This document shows, piece after piece, positions 42,449-51,776 of a DNA stretch of 64,000 nt (within the stretch, counting starts at the first letter, position 1; each line of letters starts with the position of its first letter). Origin of the DNA: Pseudomonadota bacterium (GTDB lineage Bacteria > Pseudomonadota > Gammaproteobacteria > CALCKW01); assembly GCA_039196715.1 (NCBI GenBank), contig JBCCUP010000002.1, positions 73,601 through 137,600 on the forward strand, in the 5' to 3' direction. The notes under the pieces are model-generated. The model was not told the origin of the DNA, did no database searches, and worked only from the letters and a program-made list of their open reading frames with translations. A program made the translations under genes and the position numbers.

Positions 42449-43668
42449 GCTGTGGGTGCACCGCGTGTGGGAAAGTGGCCGAAGACGTGGGCATCGAGGG
42501 CAATGCTTGCGGCGGCGAGGTCGGACGTCACCTGGCTGATGCGCAGGCGTTGCGCGTCGAGCGGCGCGCCCGCGTCTGCGAGCCCGGCCCGCACGCCCTC
42601 GACGAAGTCCGATTGCCTGCCGGCCTCGCCCGCGAGGATGATCTGTTGCGGGTCGAGCAGAGCGTGTGCGGCGTCGAGGCCGAACGCGAGGTGGGTCCCG
42701 GCGTCGAAGAAAGCCGCCTTGGCGTGGCGATCACCGTGGTCAGCGAGTGCAATCGCGGTGTGCAGGTGCGGGTTGTGGTGACTCAACGGTGCCGTGGACC
42801 GGTTGGCGCCGAGCGACAGCGTACGGACCACCGCGACGCCGGACGCGCACTGTTGCAGGCACCCCTGCCGACCACAGTGGCAGTCAATCCGGGCGTTGGG
42901 GTGTTTCAGGTGGGCGAGGTTGCCCAGTGTGCTCTCGGGGTGCGACGGCCGACTGCCGCCGCTGGTGAAGGCCATGCCGATGCCGACACCGACGTTCACC
43001 ACCAGCACGCGCTCGGCCGGTGACACGTGGCCAGCGTTGATTTCGGCCCTGAGCAACCCGGTTGGCCGCGACTCGAGTGCCACCGGGCACCCGAAGGCCG
43101 CCTCGAAGGCCGACGCGACCGGCACGTCCTGCCAGCCGAGCAGGGCGCTGGTGACGCGCCCGCCGTGCAGCTCGGACCGGTTGGTGACGGCCACGCTGAT
43201 GCCCGTGGCGAGCGGCGCGGCGGACGCGTGCTGGTCGAGCAGCGCGCGACAGCGGCTGACGAGTTCGGCAACCACCGCGTCCGGCGTCAGTCCGGCCGCC
43301 GAATGCAGGTCGTGGGCGGCGATGCGCGAACCGTCGAGCCGATTCAAAGAGGCTTGCAGGCGGTTGGCTGTCAGGTTGACGGCCAGCACCACGCCGCCGT
43401 TGGGATTCAACGTGAGACGGCTGCTGCGGCGGCCGAGGCTGCCGGCTTGCTTGAGCGGAGCCCCCTCGAGCACCAGGCCCGCGGAAATCAGCTCGCGCGT
43501 GATCCGTGACACCGCCGCGCCGGTCAAGCCCATGGCCTCGCCCAGCTCCGCACGACTGCAGCGCCGTTGCTGGTTCAGCAGGCGCAACACCCCACGCCGG
43601 TTGGCGTGGCGCAGCACCGACGATGCGGCGGGTGTCGTGGGGTGCGTGGCAGGCGGCGACACGGGCAC
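42445..43668 (-). CDS. ROK family transcriptional regulator (NagC/XylR-like)
   Basis: N-terminal HTH (VLRHANRRGVLRLLNQQRRCSRAELGEAMGLTGAAVSRITRELISAGLV) plus a ROK sugar-kinase-like domain with a Cys/His zinc motif (HLKHPNARIDCHCGRQGCLQQCASG). 407 aa. Confidence 0.8.
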   Translation of the reverse strand: MPVSPPATHPTTPAASSVLRHANRRGVLRLLNQQRRCSRAELGEAMGLTGAAVSRITRELISAGLVLEGAPLKQAGSLGRRSSRLTLNPNGGVVLAVNLTANRLQASLNRLDGSRIAAHDLHSAAGLTPDAVVAELVSRCRALLDQHASAAPLATGISVAVTNRSELHGGRVTSALLGWQDVPVASAFEAAFGCPVALESRPTGLLRAEINAGHVSPAERVLVVNVGVGIGMAFTSGGSRPSHPESTLGNLAHLKHPNARIDCHCGRQGCLQQCASGVAVVRTLSLGANRSTAPLSHHNPHLHTAIALADHGDRHAKAAFFDAGTHLAFGLDAAHALLDPQQIILAGEAGRQSDFVEGVRAGLADAGAPLDAQRLRISQVTSDLAAASIALDAHVFGHFPTRGAPTA

Positions 43669-43673
43669 AGGCC

Positions 43674-43700
43674 TAATTAGTTACTTACAGTAATTAATTA
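43674..43700. promoter_or_regulatory. AT-rich 27-bp palindromic operator in the ROK/tctC divergent promoter region
   Basis: TAATTAGTTACT-TAC-AGTAATTAATTA: 12-bp arms with one mismatch. 100% AT apart from 4 nt, striking in a 67% GC genome. TTGACA -35-like hexamer follows at 43702-43707, facing tctC. Confidence 0.45.
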
Positions 43701-43780
43701 TTGACAGCTCGGCCGCGCAAGGTCAATCTTTTCGCTGAGCTGGTCCGTCCAGCCCACGACACACCAAGAGGAGATAAGCG

Positions 43781-44764
43781 ATGCAGGCCCCGTTTTCCCT
43801 GTTCAAGCGCGCCGTGCTGTCGGCCGTGCTGGTCGCCACCGCGGCCGTAGCCAACGCGAGCTACCCCGAACGCCCGATTACCCTGGTAGCCCCCTACGGT
43901 CCCGGCGGTGCCGCCGACTTGTCGGCCCGCATGATCGCGGGTGCGGCGCCGCAGTACCTCGGACAGCCGATTCTGGCCATCAACAAGACCGGCGCCGCCG
44001 GGGTGGTGGGGTCGAACTTCGTCAAGAACGCGGCGGCAGACGGCTACACCCTGCTGTCCGCCCGCGTCGGCAGCCAGATGGGCGTGCCGGCGATGAACAA
44101 GACCATCCCCTACGCCTGGGACGAATTCACCTTTCTCGGGCTGATCGAGGTCAACCCCTTCGTGCTCGTCGTCAACGCCGAGAGCGACATCAAGACCTTC
44201 GCCGACTTCGAAGCCAAGGTGTCGTCCGGTGCGGAGATGGCGTACAGCTCGGCGGGCGTCGGCACCCTGCTGCACATCGCCGTCGCCGTGATGGCCAACA
44301 GCATGGGCATCGACTTCGACAACCTGGTCCACGTGCCCTACAAGGGCGGTGGCAAGGCGCGTGCGGCGGTGGTTGCCGATCAGGTGGATTTCTCCTACCA
44401 GAACCTCTCTGCCGTCGCCGGCGCGCTGGAGGCGGGTCAGTTGCGTGCCCTGGTGGTCACCACCGGTGAGCGTCAGCCGATCATCCCGGACGTGCCGACC
44501 GCGCAGGAAGTCGGTTACCCGGATCTCGAGAAGATCATCGGGTGGTCCGCCATATACGGACCGCCGGGCCTGCCCGACGAGGTGGTGGCGAAATGGTCTG
44601 AGACACTCGAGGCACTGAAAGCCGATCGGGCCTGGAACCGAATGACCAAGGGCCTGGGCAACATCGTCGACATCCGGTCGCCGGAAGACACCAAGGCCTA
44701 CGTGGCCGAGCAGTACAAGGTCTTCGACGACACCCTGATGAAGCTCGGTCTGCGGATCGAGTAA
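43781..44764 (+). CDS. tctC: Tripartite tricarboxylate transporter substrate-binding protein TctC (Bug family)
   Basis: Signal peptide (MQAPFSLFKRAVLSAVLVATAAVANA), Bug/TctC periplasmic-binding fold motifs (…VAPYGPGGAADL…, …YKGGG…). 327 aa. Confidence 0.85.
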   Translation: MQAPFSLFKRAVLSAVLVATAAVANASYPERPITLVAPYGPGGAADLSARMIAGAAPQYLGQPILAINKTGAAGVVGSNFVKNAAADGYTLLSARVGSQMGVPAMNKTIPYAWDEFTFLGLIEVNPFVLVVNAESDIKTFADFEAKVSSGAEMAYSSAGVGTLLHIAVAVMANSMGIDFDNLVHVPYKGGGKARAAVVADQVDFSYQNLSAVAGALEAGQLRALVVTTGERQPIIPDVPTAQEVGYPDLEKIIGWSAIYGPPGLPDEVVAKWSETLEALKADRAWNRMTKGLGNIVDIRSPEDTKAYVAEQYKVFDDTLMKLGLRIE

Positions 44765-44835
44765 CCGCATCGGCTCGGGGTGCCGCCCGCAGCGGCCCCC
44801 GACCGACCTGTCCACCGACCACTCGAGGTAGCCCC

Positions 44836-46389
44836 GTGTCCGGTACTCGCCCCAACATCCTGCTGATCCAGGCCGACCAATTGGCGGCGAACGCACTCAG
44901 GTGTTACGGCAACCCCACTGTCAAGGCGCCAAACATCGATCGCCTGGCGCGTGAGGGTGTGGTGTTCGAGAACTGCTACTGCAACCTGCCGATGTGTGCG
45001 CCCTCGCGGGCGTCGATGCACGCCGGCCGGCTGCCGTTCTCGATCGGCATGTACGACAACGCCTCGGAGTTCCAGGCGGGGATTCCGACCTTCGCGCACT
45101 ACCTGCGCACGCTCGACTACCGCGTGGAGTTGTCGGGCAAGATGCACTTTGTCGGTGCCGACCAACTGCACGGTTACGAGCGCCGGCACACGACCGAGAT
45201 CTACCCGGCCAACTTTGCCTGGACCGTCGATTGGTCTCAGGGCCGTGAGTACCGGCCGACCAACCTGACCATGGCCCCGATCATCGAGTCGGGGCCCTGC
45301 GTGCGCTCTCTCCAGATGGACTACGACGACGAAGTCGCGTACCACGGCAAGCAGGCGCTCTACGATTTTGCCCGCAAGGCGGACGACAAGCCCTTTTTGT
45401 TGACGGTGTCGTTCACCAGCCCGCACTCGCCGTTCGTTGTCGGCCAGCCCTACTGGGATCGATACGCGCACGAGGAGATCGAATCAGTGGCGGTTCCGCC
45501 CTTGACACTTGAGGAGATGGACCACCTGAGTCGGAATCTGCACTATTGCCAGGCCCGGCACAAGTTCACGGTTACCGACGAGCACCGCCGAATGGCCCGG
45601 CACGGCTACTACGGCATGATTTCCTACATCGACGACAAGGTCGGGGAATTGCTCGAGGTGTTGTCGACAACCGGTCTGGCGGGGGACACCGTGGTGGTGT
45701 TTTGCGCCGACCACGGCGAGATGATGGGCGAGCGCGGCATGTGGTTCAAACAGCATTTCTTCGAGTGGGCGGCGCGCGTGCCGCTTATCGTCCACAGCCC
45801 GACGCGCTGGGCGCCATCGCGTGTGGCGCCGTCGGTGAGTCTGATCGACCTCATGCCCACGCTGCTCGACATCGCGCACGGTGAGCGCTTTGACGCCTAC
45901 GCCGACCCGATCGATGGCTGCTCGCTGGTGCCGGCGCTTGAAGGCCGGCCCGAGGCGTTGCCGGACCTCGCGGTCTGTGAGTTTGCTGCGGACGGCTCCA
46001 CCGGCCCGAGCCGCATGGTGCGGCGTGGGCCGTGGAAATTGATGTGGCTCGAGGGCGTGGACACACTGCTCTACAACCTTGACACCGACCCCGACGAGCA
46101 GGACAACCGTGCCGACGACCCGGCACTGGGGGCGCTCCGAAGCGAGCTCGAAGCGCTGTTGTTCGACGGCTTCGACCCCGAGGCGCTCCGGGCGTCGATC
46201 GAGCGCAGCCAACGACGTCGGCTGCTCGTACACCAGGCAACCGGTGGCGAGCCAACCTATGTCAACAAGGTGCGCTACGACGACGGCAGCCGCTACATCC
46301 GCAATGCTGGCGCCGCCGACACCAAGGCGCGCGCGCGTCTGCCCTACGTCTCACCAGCCCAACCGGACCGAAACGACCCGGTGGTTTAG
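44836..46389 (+). CDS. betC: Sulfatase (choline-sulfatase BetC-like)
   Basis: NILLIQADQL…CYGNP.VKAPNIDRLAREGVVFENCYCNLPMCAPSRASMHAGRLP: sulfatase C-x-P-x-R active-site motif. Strong N-terminal collinearity with choline-sulfatases. 517 aa. Confidence 0.75.
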   Translation: MSGTRPNILLIQADQLAANALRCYGNPTVKAPNIDRLAREGVVFENCYCNLPMCAPSRASMHAGRLPFSIGMYDNASEFQAGIPTFAHYLRTLDYRVELSGKMHFVGADQLHGYERRHTTEIYPANFAWTVDWSQGREYRPTNLTMAPIIESGPCVRSLQMDYDDEVAYHGKQALYDFARKADDKPFLLTVSFTSPHSPFVVGQPYWDRYAHEEIESVAVPPLTLEEMDHLSRNLHYCQARHKFTVTDEHRRMARHGYYGMISYIDDKVGELLEVLSTTGLAGDTVVVFCADHGEMMGERGMWFKQHFFEWAARVPLIVHSPTRWAPSRVAPSVSLIDLMPTLLDIAHGERFDAYADPIDGCSLVPALEGRPEALPDLAVCEFAADGSTGPSRMVRRGPWKLMWLEGVDTLLYNLDTDPDEQDNRADDPALGALRSELEALLFDGFDPEALRASIERSQRRRLLVHQATGGEPTYVNKVRYDDGSRYIRNAGAADTKARARLPYVSPAQPDRNDPVV

Positions 46390-46417
46390 TGCTCCATCCA
46401 TCGATAAATGGAGCACT
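46388..46417. terminator. Hairpin between convergent betC and LysR genes
   Basis: AGTGCTCCAT-ccatcgataa-ATGGAGCACT: perfect 10-bp stem with a 10-nt loop starting at the betC stop codon. No U-tract. Confidence 0.35.
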
Positions 46418-46422
46418 AGCCG

Positions 46423-47301
46423 TCACGCCGCGTGCGGCTTGTGTTCCACGAGGTAGGCGGCGAGCTTGTCGGCCAGCGTGTTGTCACTGACACGGCCCCG
46501 GTAGAGCGCGACCGAGCAGCTCGGTAGGTCCGGCAGGGCGCCTCGGTGGTCGACAAGCTCGCGTTCGGCCGGCACCTGACCGGCGAGCTCGGCGCGCACA
46601 CAGAGGTCAGCCTTCGCCATCGCGTCAATTGCGCGGTCGTCGTTGGTGTTCACGATCGACACCCAGTCGACGTCGGCGTTGTCGAGTGCGGCGACGGCCA
46701 CGTTGCGGAACGCGCAGTTGCCGCACGTGGCGAACGGCAGTGGCCGGCGCTGCCAGGCGGTGCCGCCGTGCGAGCCGGTCCAGACGAGCTGCTGGGTGTC
46801 GAGCACGGTGGCATCGGGCCGGGGGTCGAGCTCGGTGGTCAGGATCACGTCGAGCTCACCGCGGTGGTACGCCGAGAGCAGGTGCACGGTGCTCTCGGTA
46901 CTCAGCTGCACCTGCACCCGCGGGAAATCGCGCGAAAAAGCCTGTAGGGCTGCCGGTACCCAATTATCGACAATGTCGCTCGGGCAGCCGAGTGCCACCT
47001 CGCCCTCGTAGTCGGGGGCGGTCAGTCGGCCCCAGGCCTCGTCGTTCAGCGCGAGCAGTTTGCGCGCGTAGTGGACCAACTGCTCGCCCGCGGGTGTCGG
47101 TGTCAGGCCCTGCGGGCTGCGATCGAACACCGCGCTGCCGAGCGTGGCCTCGAGGCGCTTCACCTGCATGCTGATGGCGCTCTGGGTCAGGTGCAGACGC
47201 GCGGCGGCGCGGGTCATGGTGCCGGCGTCGACGATCGCCACCACGCTGCGCAAGCTGGCAAGGTCGAGGTTTCGGGGTGTGGCCACAGCCATCTCCATCA
47301 A
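46423..47301 (-). CDS. LysR family transcriptional regulator
   Basis: …LASLRSVVAIVDAGTMTRAAARLHLTQSAISMQVKRLE… wHTH plus LysR substrate-binding domain. 292 aa. Confidence 0.85.
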   Translation of the reverse strand: MMEMAVATPRNLDLASLRSVVAIVDAGTMTRAAARLHLTQSAISMQVKRLEATLGSAVFDRSPQGLTPTPAGEQLVHYARKLLALNDEAWGRLTAPDYEGEVALGCPSDIVDNWVPAALQAFSRDFPRVQVQLSTESTVHLLSAYHRGELDVILTTELDPRPDATVLDTQQLVWTGSHGGTAWQRRPLPFATCGNCAFRNVAVAALDNADVDWVSIVNTNDDRAIDAMAKADLCVRAELAGQVPAERELVDHRGALPDLPSCSVALYRGRVSDNTLADKLAAYLVEHKPHAA

Positions 47302-47398
47302 TTCTGGTGAAGAGATGCATCAAAAACTTTCGTTTCACTGATGCGAGATTGGCCGCTATTGTCATCATCCGTGATCAGCAAGTCCAGAGGGTTAACAA

Positions 47399-47692
47399 AT
47401 GTTGATATCAAGCACCACCAATCGTGATCGCTTCCCGCTGTCCCACAACGGCCGCCACCGCGCCGACAAGCCGGTGTCTCTGGTCGCCACCTGTCGCTTT
47501 GCGCTGGGCTATGTGATGCTGGTGTTCGACGTCTGGCGGGAGCGCCGGGCATTGGCGCGGCTGAACGCCGCCGGACGGGCCGACATTGGACGCAACCCCC
47601 GTGACATCGACCTGGAAGCGAGGCGATCGCTGTTCGACCTGCCTGCAGCGCGGCTCGACGCCCTGCGGTGCCGGGTGCGCCGGGGCCGCTGA
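47399..47692 (+). CDS. DUF1127 domain-containing small protein (YjiS-like)
   Basis: …WRERRALARLNAAGRADIGRNPRDIDLEARR… matches the DUF1127 core (W.RRR.R.L..L.D..L.DIG..R.DI..EA). The start may be the internal Met at 47516. Confidence 0.5.
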   Translation: MLISSTTNRDRFPLSHNGRHRADKPVSLVATCRFALGYVMLVFDVWRERRALARLNAAGRADIGRNPRDIDLEARRSLFDLPAARLDALRCRVRRGR

Positions 47693-47710
47693 GGCGCGGG
47701 ACGGTGTGCG

Positions 47711-48265
47711 GTGCTGACCGAGTCGCAGGCCCGATCCCGGGCGCTGCGGCTGGTCGCCGCGCACCCACGTCGGCGTCGGGCACTCGAGGCGGTTGCGTTG
47801 CTCGAGCTGCCCGACGGCTGGCTCGCAGCCGGCTTTGTGCGCAATGCCGTGTGGGACAGCCAATACGGCGTGGCGACCACCACCGCAGACCTCGATGTCG
47901 TCTATTTTGACCCGGCCTGCACCTCGGCGGCACGTGACCGCGACATCGAATTCGCCTTGCAGCAACGGTGCCCAGGGCTTCGCTGGTCGGTGAAGAACCA
48001 GGCGCGCATGCACGCGCGACACGGCCATCCTGCGTACCGCTCGAGCGTCGACGCGATGGCGCGGTGGCCCGAGCGTCAGACCGCCGTTGCCGCGCGGCTC
48101 GACCGGCGCGGCGATGTCGAGGGTTTTGCAGTGTTTGGCTTTGCTGTGCTGTTCAACGGTCGGGTCGAGCGCAACCCCCGCTGTGCCCACGGCACCTACG
48201 GTCACCGTTGCCGGGAAAAGCGCTGGGCCGAGCGCTGGCCAGGGCTCTCGGTGGACACGCGCTGA
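47711..48265 (+). CDS. Nucleotidyltransferase family protein (DUF925/NTP_transf_6-like)
   Basis: …GFVRNAVWDSQYGVATTTADLDVVYFD… minimal nucleotidyltransferase G.[ST]…D.D motif pattern. 184 aa. Confidence 0.5.
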   Translation: MLTESQARSRALRLVAAHPRRRRALEAVALLELPDGWLAAGFVRNAVWDSQYGVATTTADLDVVYFDPACTSAARDRDIEFALQQRCPGLRWSVKNQARMHARHGHPAYRSSVDAMARWPERQTAVAARLDRRGDVEGFAVFGFAVLFNGRVERNPRCAHGTYGHRCREKRWAERWPGLSVDTR

Positions 48266-48338
48266 CGCACCCACGCGGTGCGGTGCCGCACCGAGGCGGA
48301 TGATAGAGTGCGGGTCCTGACCACTGCGCGCCACCGCC

Positions 48339-48695
48339 ATGCCCACGCCCACCGAAATCCGCGTACGCCAGGCGAGCCGTGTGCTCGTTGTCGCCTTCGA
48401 AGACGGCTACCGGTGTGAGCTCGATTTCGAGTACCTGCGGGTGCATTCGCCGTCGGCGGAGGTCAAGGGACACGGACCCGGACAGGAGACGCTGGTGGTC
48501 GGCAAGGAGGCTGTGCAGATCGTCGGCTGCGAACCGGTGGGCAATTACGCGGTCAAGATCGTGTTCGACGACGGACACAATTCGGGCCTGTACACCTGGG
48601 ATACCCTCTACGCGCTCGGACAGGCCTTTGACACCAATTGGGCCGCCTACCTGCAACGCCTGGCTGACGCCGGCCACACAAGGACCCTGTCATGA
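48339..48695 (+). CDS. DUF971 (gamma-butyrobetaine hydroxylase-like N-terminal domain) protein
   Basis: 118 aa. …[40 protein letters not shown]…[22 protein letters not shown]… DUF971 pattern. Commonly sits directly upstream of ubiE. Confidence 0.7.
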   Translation: MPTPTEIRVRQASRVLVVAFEDGYRCELDFEYLRVHSPSAEVKGHGPGQETLVVGKEAVQIVGCEPVGNYAVKIVFDDGHNSGLYTWDTLYALGQAFDTNWAAYLQRLADAGHTRTLS

Positions 48696-49441
48696 GCGAG
48701 CCGCGCACCACCCACTTCGGCTACGAGGACGTGCCGGTCGAGGAGAAAGTCGACCGCGTGGCCGACGTCTTTCACTCGGTGGCGTCCAAATACGACATCA
48801 TGAACGACCTGATGTCCTTCGGCATTCATCGGCTCTGGAAGCAGTTTGCCCTGCAACACAGCGGGGTGCGCCCGGGCCAGACCGTGCTCGACATCGCCGG
48901 TGGCACCGGTGACCTCGCCGCCGCCATGGCCCGTCGAGTGGGCTCGACCGGCCTCGTGGTGCTCTCCGACATCAACGCCTCGATGCTCGAGGTCGGACGC
49001 GACAAGCTCATCAACAAGGGCATCGTCGGCAACCTCGAGGTGGCCCAGGCGGACGCCGAAGCGCTGCCCTTCGACGACGACAGCTTTGATTGCATCACCA
49101 TCGGCTTCGGGCTGCGCAACGTGACCGACAAGGATCGGGCACTGGCAAGCATGCACCGTGTGCTGAAGCCGGGTGGGCGGCTGCTCGTGCTCGAATTTTC
49201 GAAGCCGACCGTGCCGGCCTTCGCGGCACTCTACGACCGCTATTCCTTCACCGTGTTGCCAGCGATGGGCAAAGCGGTGGTCGGGGATGCCGACAGCTAC
49301 CGTTACCTGGCCGAGAGCATCCGTATGCACCCGGACCAGGAAACGCTCGCGGCGATGATGCGTGGAGCCGGCTTCGAGCGCGTCGATTACCACAACCTCA
49401 CGGCGGGCGTGGTGGCCTTGCACAAAGGCATCAAGGTGTGA
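48692..49441 (+). CDS. ubiE: Ubiquinone/menaquinone C-methyltransferase UbiE
   Basis: [50 protein letters not shown]…[12 protein letters not shown]… class I SAM methyltransferase. 249 aa. Confidence 0.92.
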   Translation: MSEPRTTHFGYEDVPVEEKVDRVADVFHSVASKYDIMNDLMSFGIHRLWKQFALQHSGVRPGQTVLDIAGGTGDLAAAMARRVGSTGLVVLSDINASMLEVGRDKLINKGIVGNLEVAQADAEALPFDDDSFDCITIGFGLRNVTDKDRALASMHRVLKPGGRLLVLEFSKPTVPAFAALYDRYSFTVLPAMGKAVVGDADSYRYLAESIRMHPDQETLAAMMRGAGFERVDYHNLTAGVVALHKGIKV

Positions 49442-49448
49442 CCTGCTG

Positions 49449-50048
49449 ATGACGCTGCCCCACCTGCTCAGCGGCGCGATCAGCGCCGTGTTCGACCGCG
49501 CCTTCGCGCAAAACGACGAAGCCCGCGCCGCACTCCGGCCACACGCGGGTGGACTGCTCCGCTGTGAACTGACGTCCCCGTCGCTGACCGTGGACGTGCT
49601 CGTGTTGGAGACGTCGCTCGAGGTGCTCAGCGTCACCGACGGCGAGGCGGACGCGGTGCTGCAGACGGACCTTGCAGGCGTGTTGGCGTTGTCGCGTGGC
49701 AGTGATGCGCTGCTGTCCGGCAAGGCGCGCGTGCGTGGCAGCCTGCGCCTGGTTGAAGGCGTGCACCGCGCCGTGACGCTGTTGGCAGTCGATTGGGAGG
49801 ACCAGTTGGCCCCGTACATCGGCGACAGCCTGGCGCACGCCTTGGCGGGGTTGGTCGATCGGGTCTCGCGCGACGGCGGGCGCAACCGCGGTCGCGACGC
49901 TGCCGACGTGCAGCGCTATCTGCAACACGAGCTCGGTCTGCTGGTCACGCAGCCGGCCTGGCGCGCGCTCACCGACGACACCGACGCCTTGCGCAGCGAC
50001 ATCGACCGTCTCGAGGCCCGCCTGGCGCGGCTGGAGGCGGCGAGGTGA
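49449..50048 (+). CDS. ubiJ: Ubiquinone biosynthesis accessory factor UbiJ (SCP2 domain)
   Basis: Internal ATG of ORF 49362..50048: MTLPHLLSGAISAVFDRAFAQ… SCP2-like N-terminus with a C-terminal coiled region. Position between ubiE and ubiB. Confidence 0.75.
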   Translation: MTLPHLLSGAISAVFDRAFAQNDEARAALRPHAGGLLRCELTSPSLTVDVLVLETSLEVLSVTDGEADAVLQTDLAGVLALSRGSDALLSGKARVRGSLRLVEGVHRAVTLLAVDWEDQLAPYIGDSLAHALAGLVDRVSRDGGRNRGRDAADVQRYLQHELGLLVTQPAWRALTDDTDALRSDIDRLEARLARLEAAR

Positions 50049-51712
50049 GCGTGTTTGCCATCAGTGAGACGCGTCGGCTCTGGACCATACAGCGGGTCAT
50101 GGTGCGCTACGGCCTCGATGAATTCCTGTTTGCCCACCCGCTCGCCCGGCCGCTGCGCTGGTTGATGCTGTTGTGGCCCGACCGGTGGCTCAACCCTGAG
50201 ACCCGGGCCCTGCCACGCGCCGACCGCATTCACCGCGCGCTCGAGGACCTCGGCCCGATATTCGTGAAGTTCGGCCAGACCCTGTCGACCCGGCGCGACC
50301 TCCTGCCCGACGACATTGCCGACGCGCTGTCGAAATTGCAGGACCGGGTCACACCTTTTGACACCGCAACCGCGCGGGCGGAAATCGAACGTGGCCTCGG
50401 CATGCCGATCAAGGATGCTTTCGCGCGCTTCGAGGATACGCCGCTGGCCTCGGCCTCGATTGCCCAGGTGCACGCCGCCACACTGCACGACGGCAGCTCG
50501 GTGGTCGTCAAGGTGTTGCGCCCGAACATGCGCGAAGTGATCAAGCGCGACCTCGGCTTGATGTACCGGATCGCCCGACTGGCGGAGAAATACTGGTCCG
50601 AGGGCCCGCGACTGCGCCCGGTCGAGGTGGTGGCGGAATACGAGAAAACCACGCTCGACGAGCTCGACCTCGTGCGCGAAGCCGCCAACGGCGCCCAACT
50701 GCGCCGCAACTTCCAGAACTCCGACCAACTATATGTGCCGGAGATGCATTTCGATCTCTGCCGTGAGAACGTGCTCGTGGTCGAGCGTATCGAGGGGGTG
50801 CAGATTTCGAATATCGCCGAGCTTCGCGCCCGCGGCGTCAACTTCGAAGCCTTGGCCAACCACGGCGTCGACGTGTTTTTCAGGCAAGTCTTCCGCGACA
50901 ATTTCTTTCACGCGGACATGCATCCCGGCAATGTCTTTGTCGACACCACCACACCCGACACACCGCGCTATATCGCGGTAGATTTCGGCATCGTCGGTGC
51001 GCTCACTCTCGAAGACCGGCGCTACCTTGCGGAAAACCTGGTCGCGTTCTTTCACCGTGACTACGACCGCGTTGCGAGCCTGCACGTGGAGTCGGGCTGG
51101 GTGCCCGAGTACACCCGCATCGAGGACTTCGCCTCGGCCATCCGCAGCGTGTGTGAGCCCATTTTCGAGAAGCCGCTCGCGGAGATTTCCTTTGGTCTGG
51201 TGCTGTTGCGCCTGTTCCAGACGGCGCGGCGATTTGAAATGCAAGTGCAACCACAGCTGATCCTGCTGCAGAAGACGCTGTTGCACATCGAGGGCCTGGG
51301 GAGGCAGCTCTACCCCGAACTCGACCTCTGGAAAACCGCCAAACCTTACCTCGAACGCTGGCTCAGCGAACAGGTCGGTCCGCGCGCGGTGGTCAAGCGG
51401 CTTCGGGCCGAGTTGCCACGCTACGGCGAAGTGCTGCCCGAACTGCCGGGTCTGATGCACGCCGTGCTCAAGGACACCCAGGCCGACCGCCGGCGCGCCG
51501 CGGCCCAGGTGGAGGCCATGCAAGCGCTGCAACTGACGGTGCAGCGGGGTCAACGCGTGCAACTGCTGGCCGTGCTCGGGGTCGGCAGTGTACTGGCGGC
51601 GGTGATTCTCGCGGGCTTTGCCCAGGTGGCTGGCGAGCCGGCGCCACCCGCGGTGTGGCTGCTTGGGGGCTTCGGGGTCTGTTCGGCCGCGGTGGCGTTG
51701 TTGCGTCGCTAG
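50045..51712 (+). CDS. ubiB: Ubiquinone biosynthesis regulatory kinase-like protein UbiB (GTG start)
   Basis: (M)SVFAISETRRLWTIQRVMVRYGLDEF…LGPIFVKFGQTLSTRRDLLPDDIA…ASASIAQVHAA… is collinear with E. coli UbiB over about 550 aa, including two C-terminal TM helices. GTG at 50045 overlaps the ubiJ TGA (GTGA). Confidence 0.9.
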   Translation: MSVFAISETRRLWTIQRVMVRYGLDEFLFAHPLARPLRWLMLLWPDRWLNPETRALPRADRIHRALEDLGPIFVKFGQTLSTRRDLLPDDIADALSKLQDRVTPFDTATARAEIERGLGMPIKDAFARFEDTPLASASIAQVHAATLHDGSSVVVKVLRPNMREVIKRDLGLMYRIARLAEKYWSEGPRLRPVEVVAEYEKTTLDELDLVREAANGAQLRRNFQNSDQLYVPEMHFDLCRENVLVVERIEGVQISNIAELRARGVNFEALANHGVDVFFRQVFRDNFFHADMHPGNVFVDTTTPDTPRYIAVDFGIVGALTLEDRRYLAENLVAFFHRDYDRVASLHVESGWVPEYTRIEDFASAIRSVCEPIFEKPLAEISFGLVLLRLFQTARRFEMQVQPQLILLQKTLLHIEGLGRQLYPELDLWKTAKPYLERWLSEQVGPRAVVKRLRAELPRYGEVLPELPGLMHAVLKDTQADRRRAAAQVEAMQALQLTVQRGQRVQLLAVLGVGSVLAAVILAGFAQVAGEPAPPAVWLLGGFGVCSAAVALLRR

Positions 51713-51776
51713 TCGGCTCGCGCCTCTCTGGTGCGTCGGCAGAGCCAAAGGGTGTTTGACCGCCGAGTGAAGGGAA

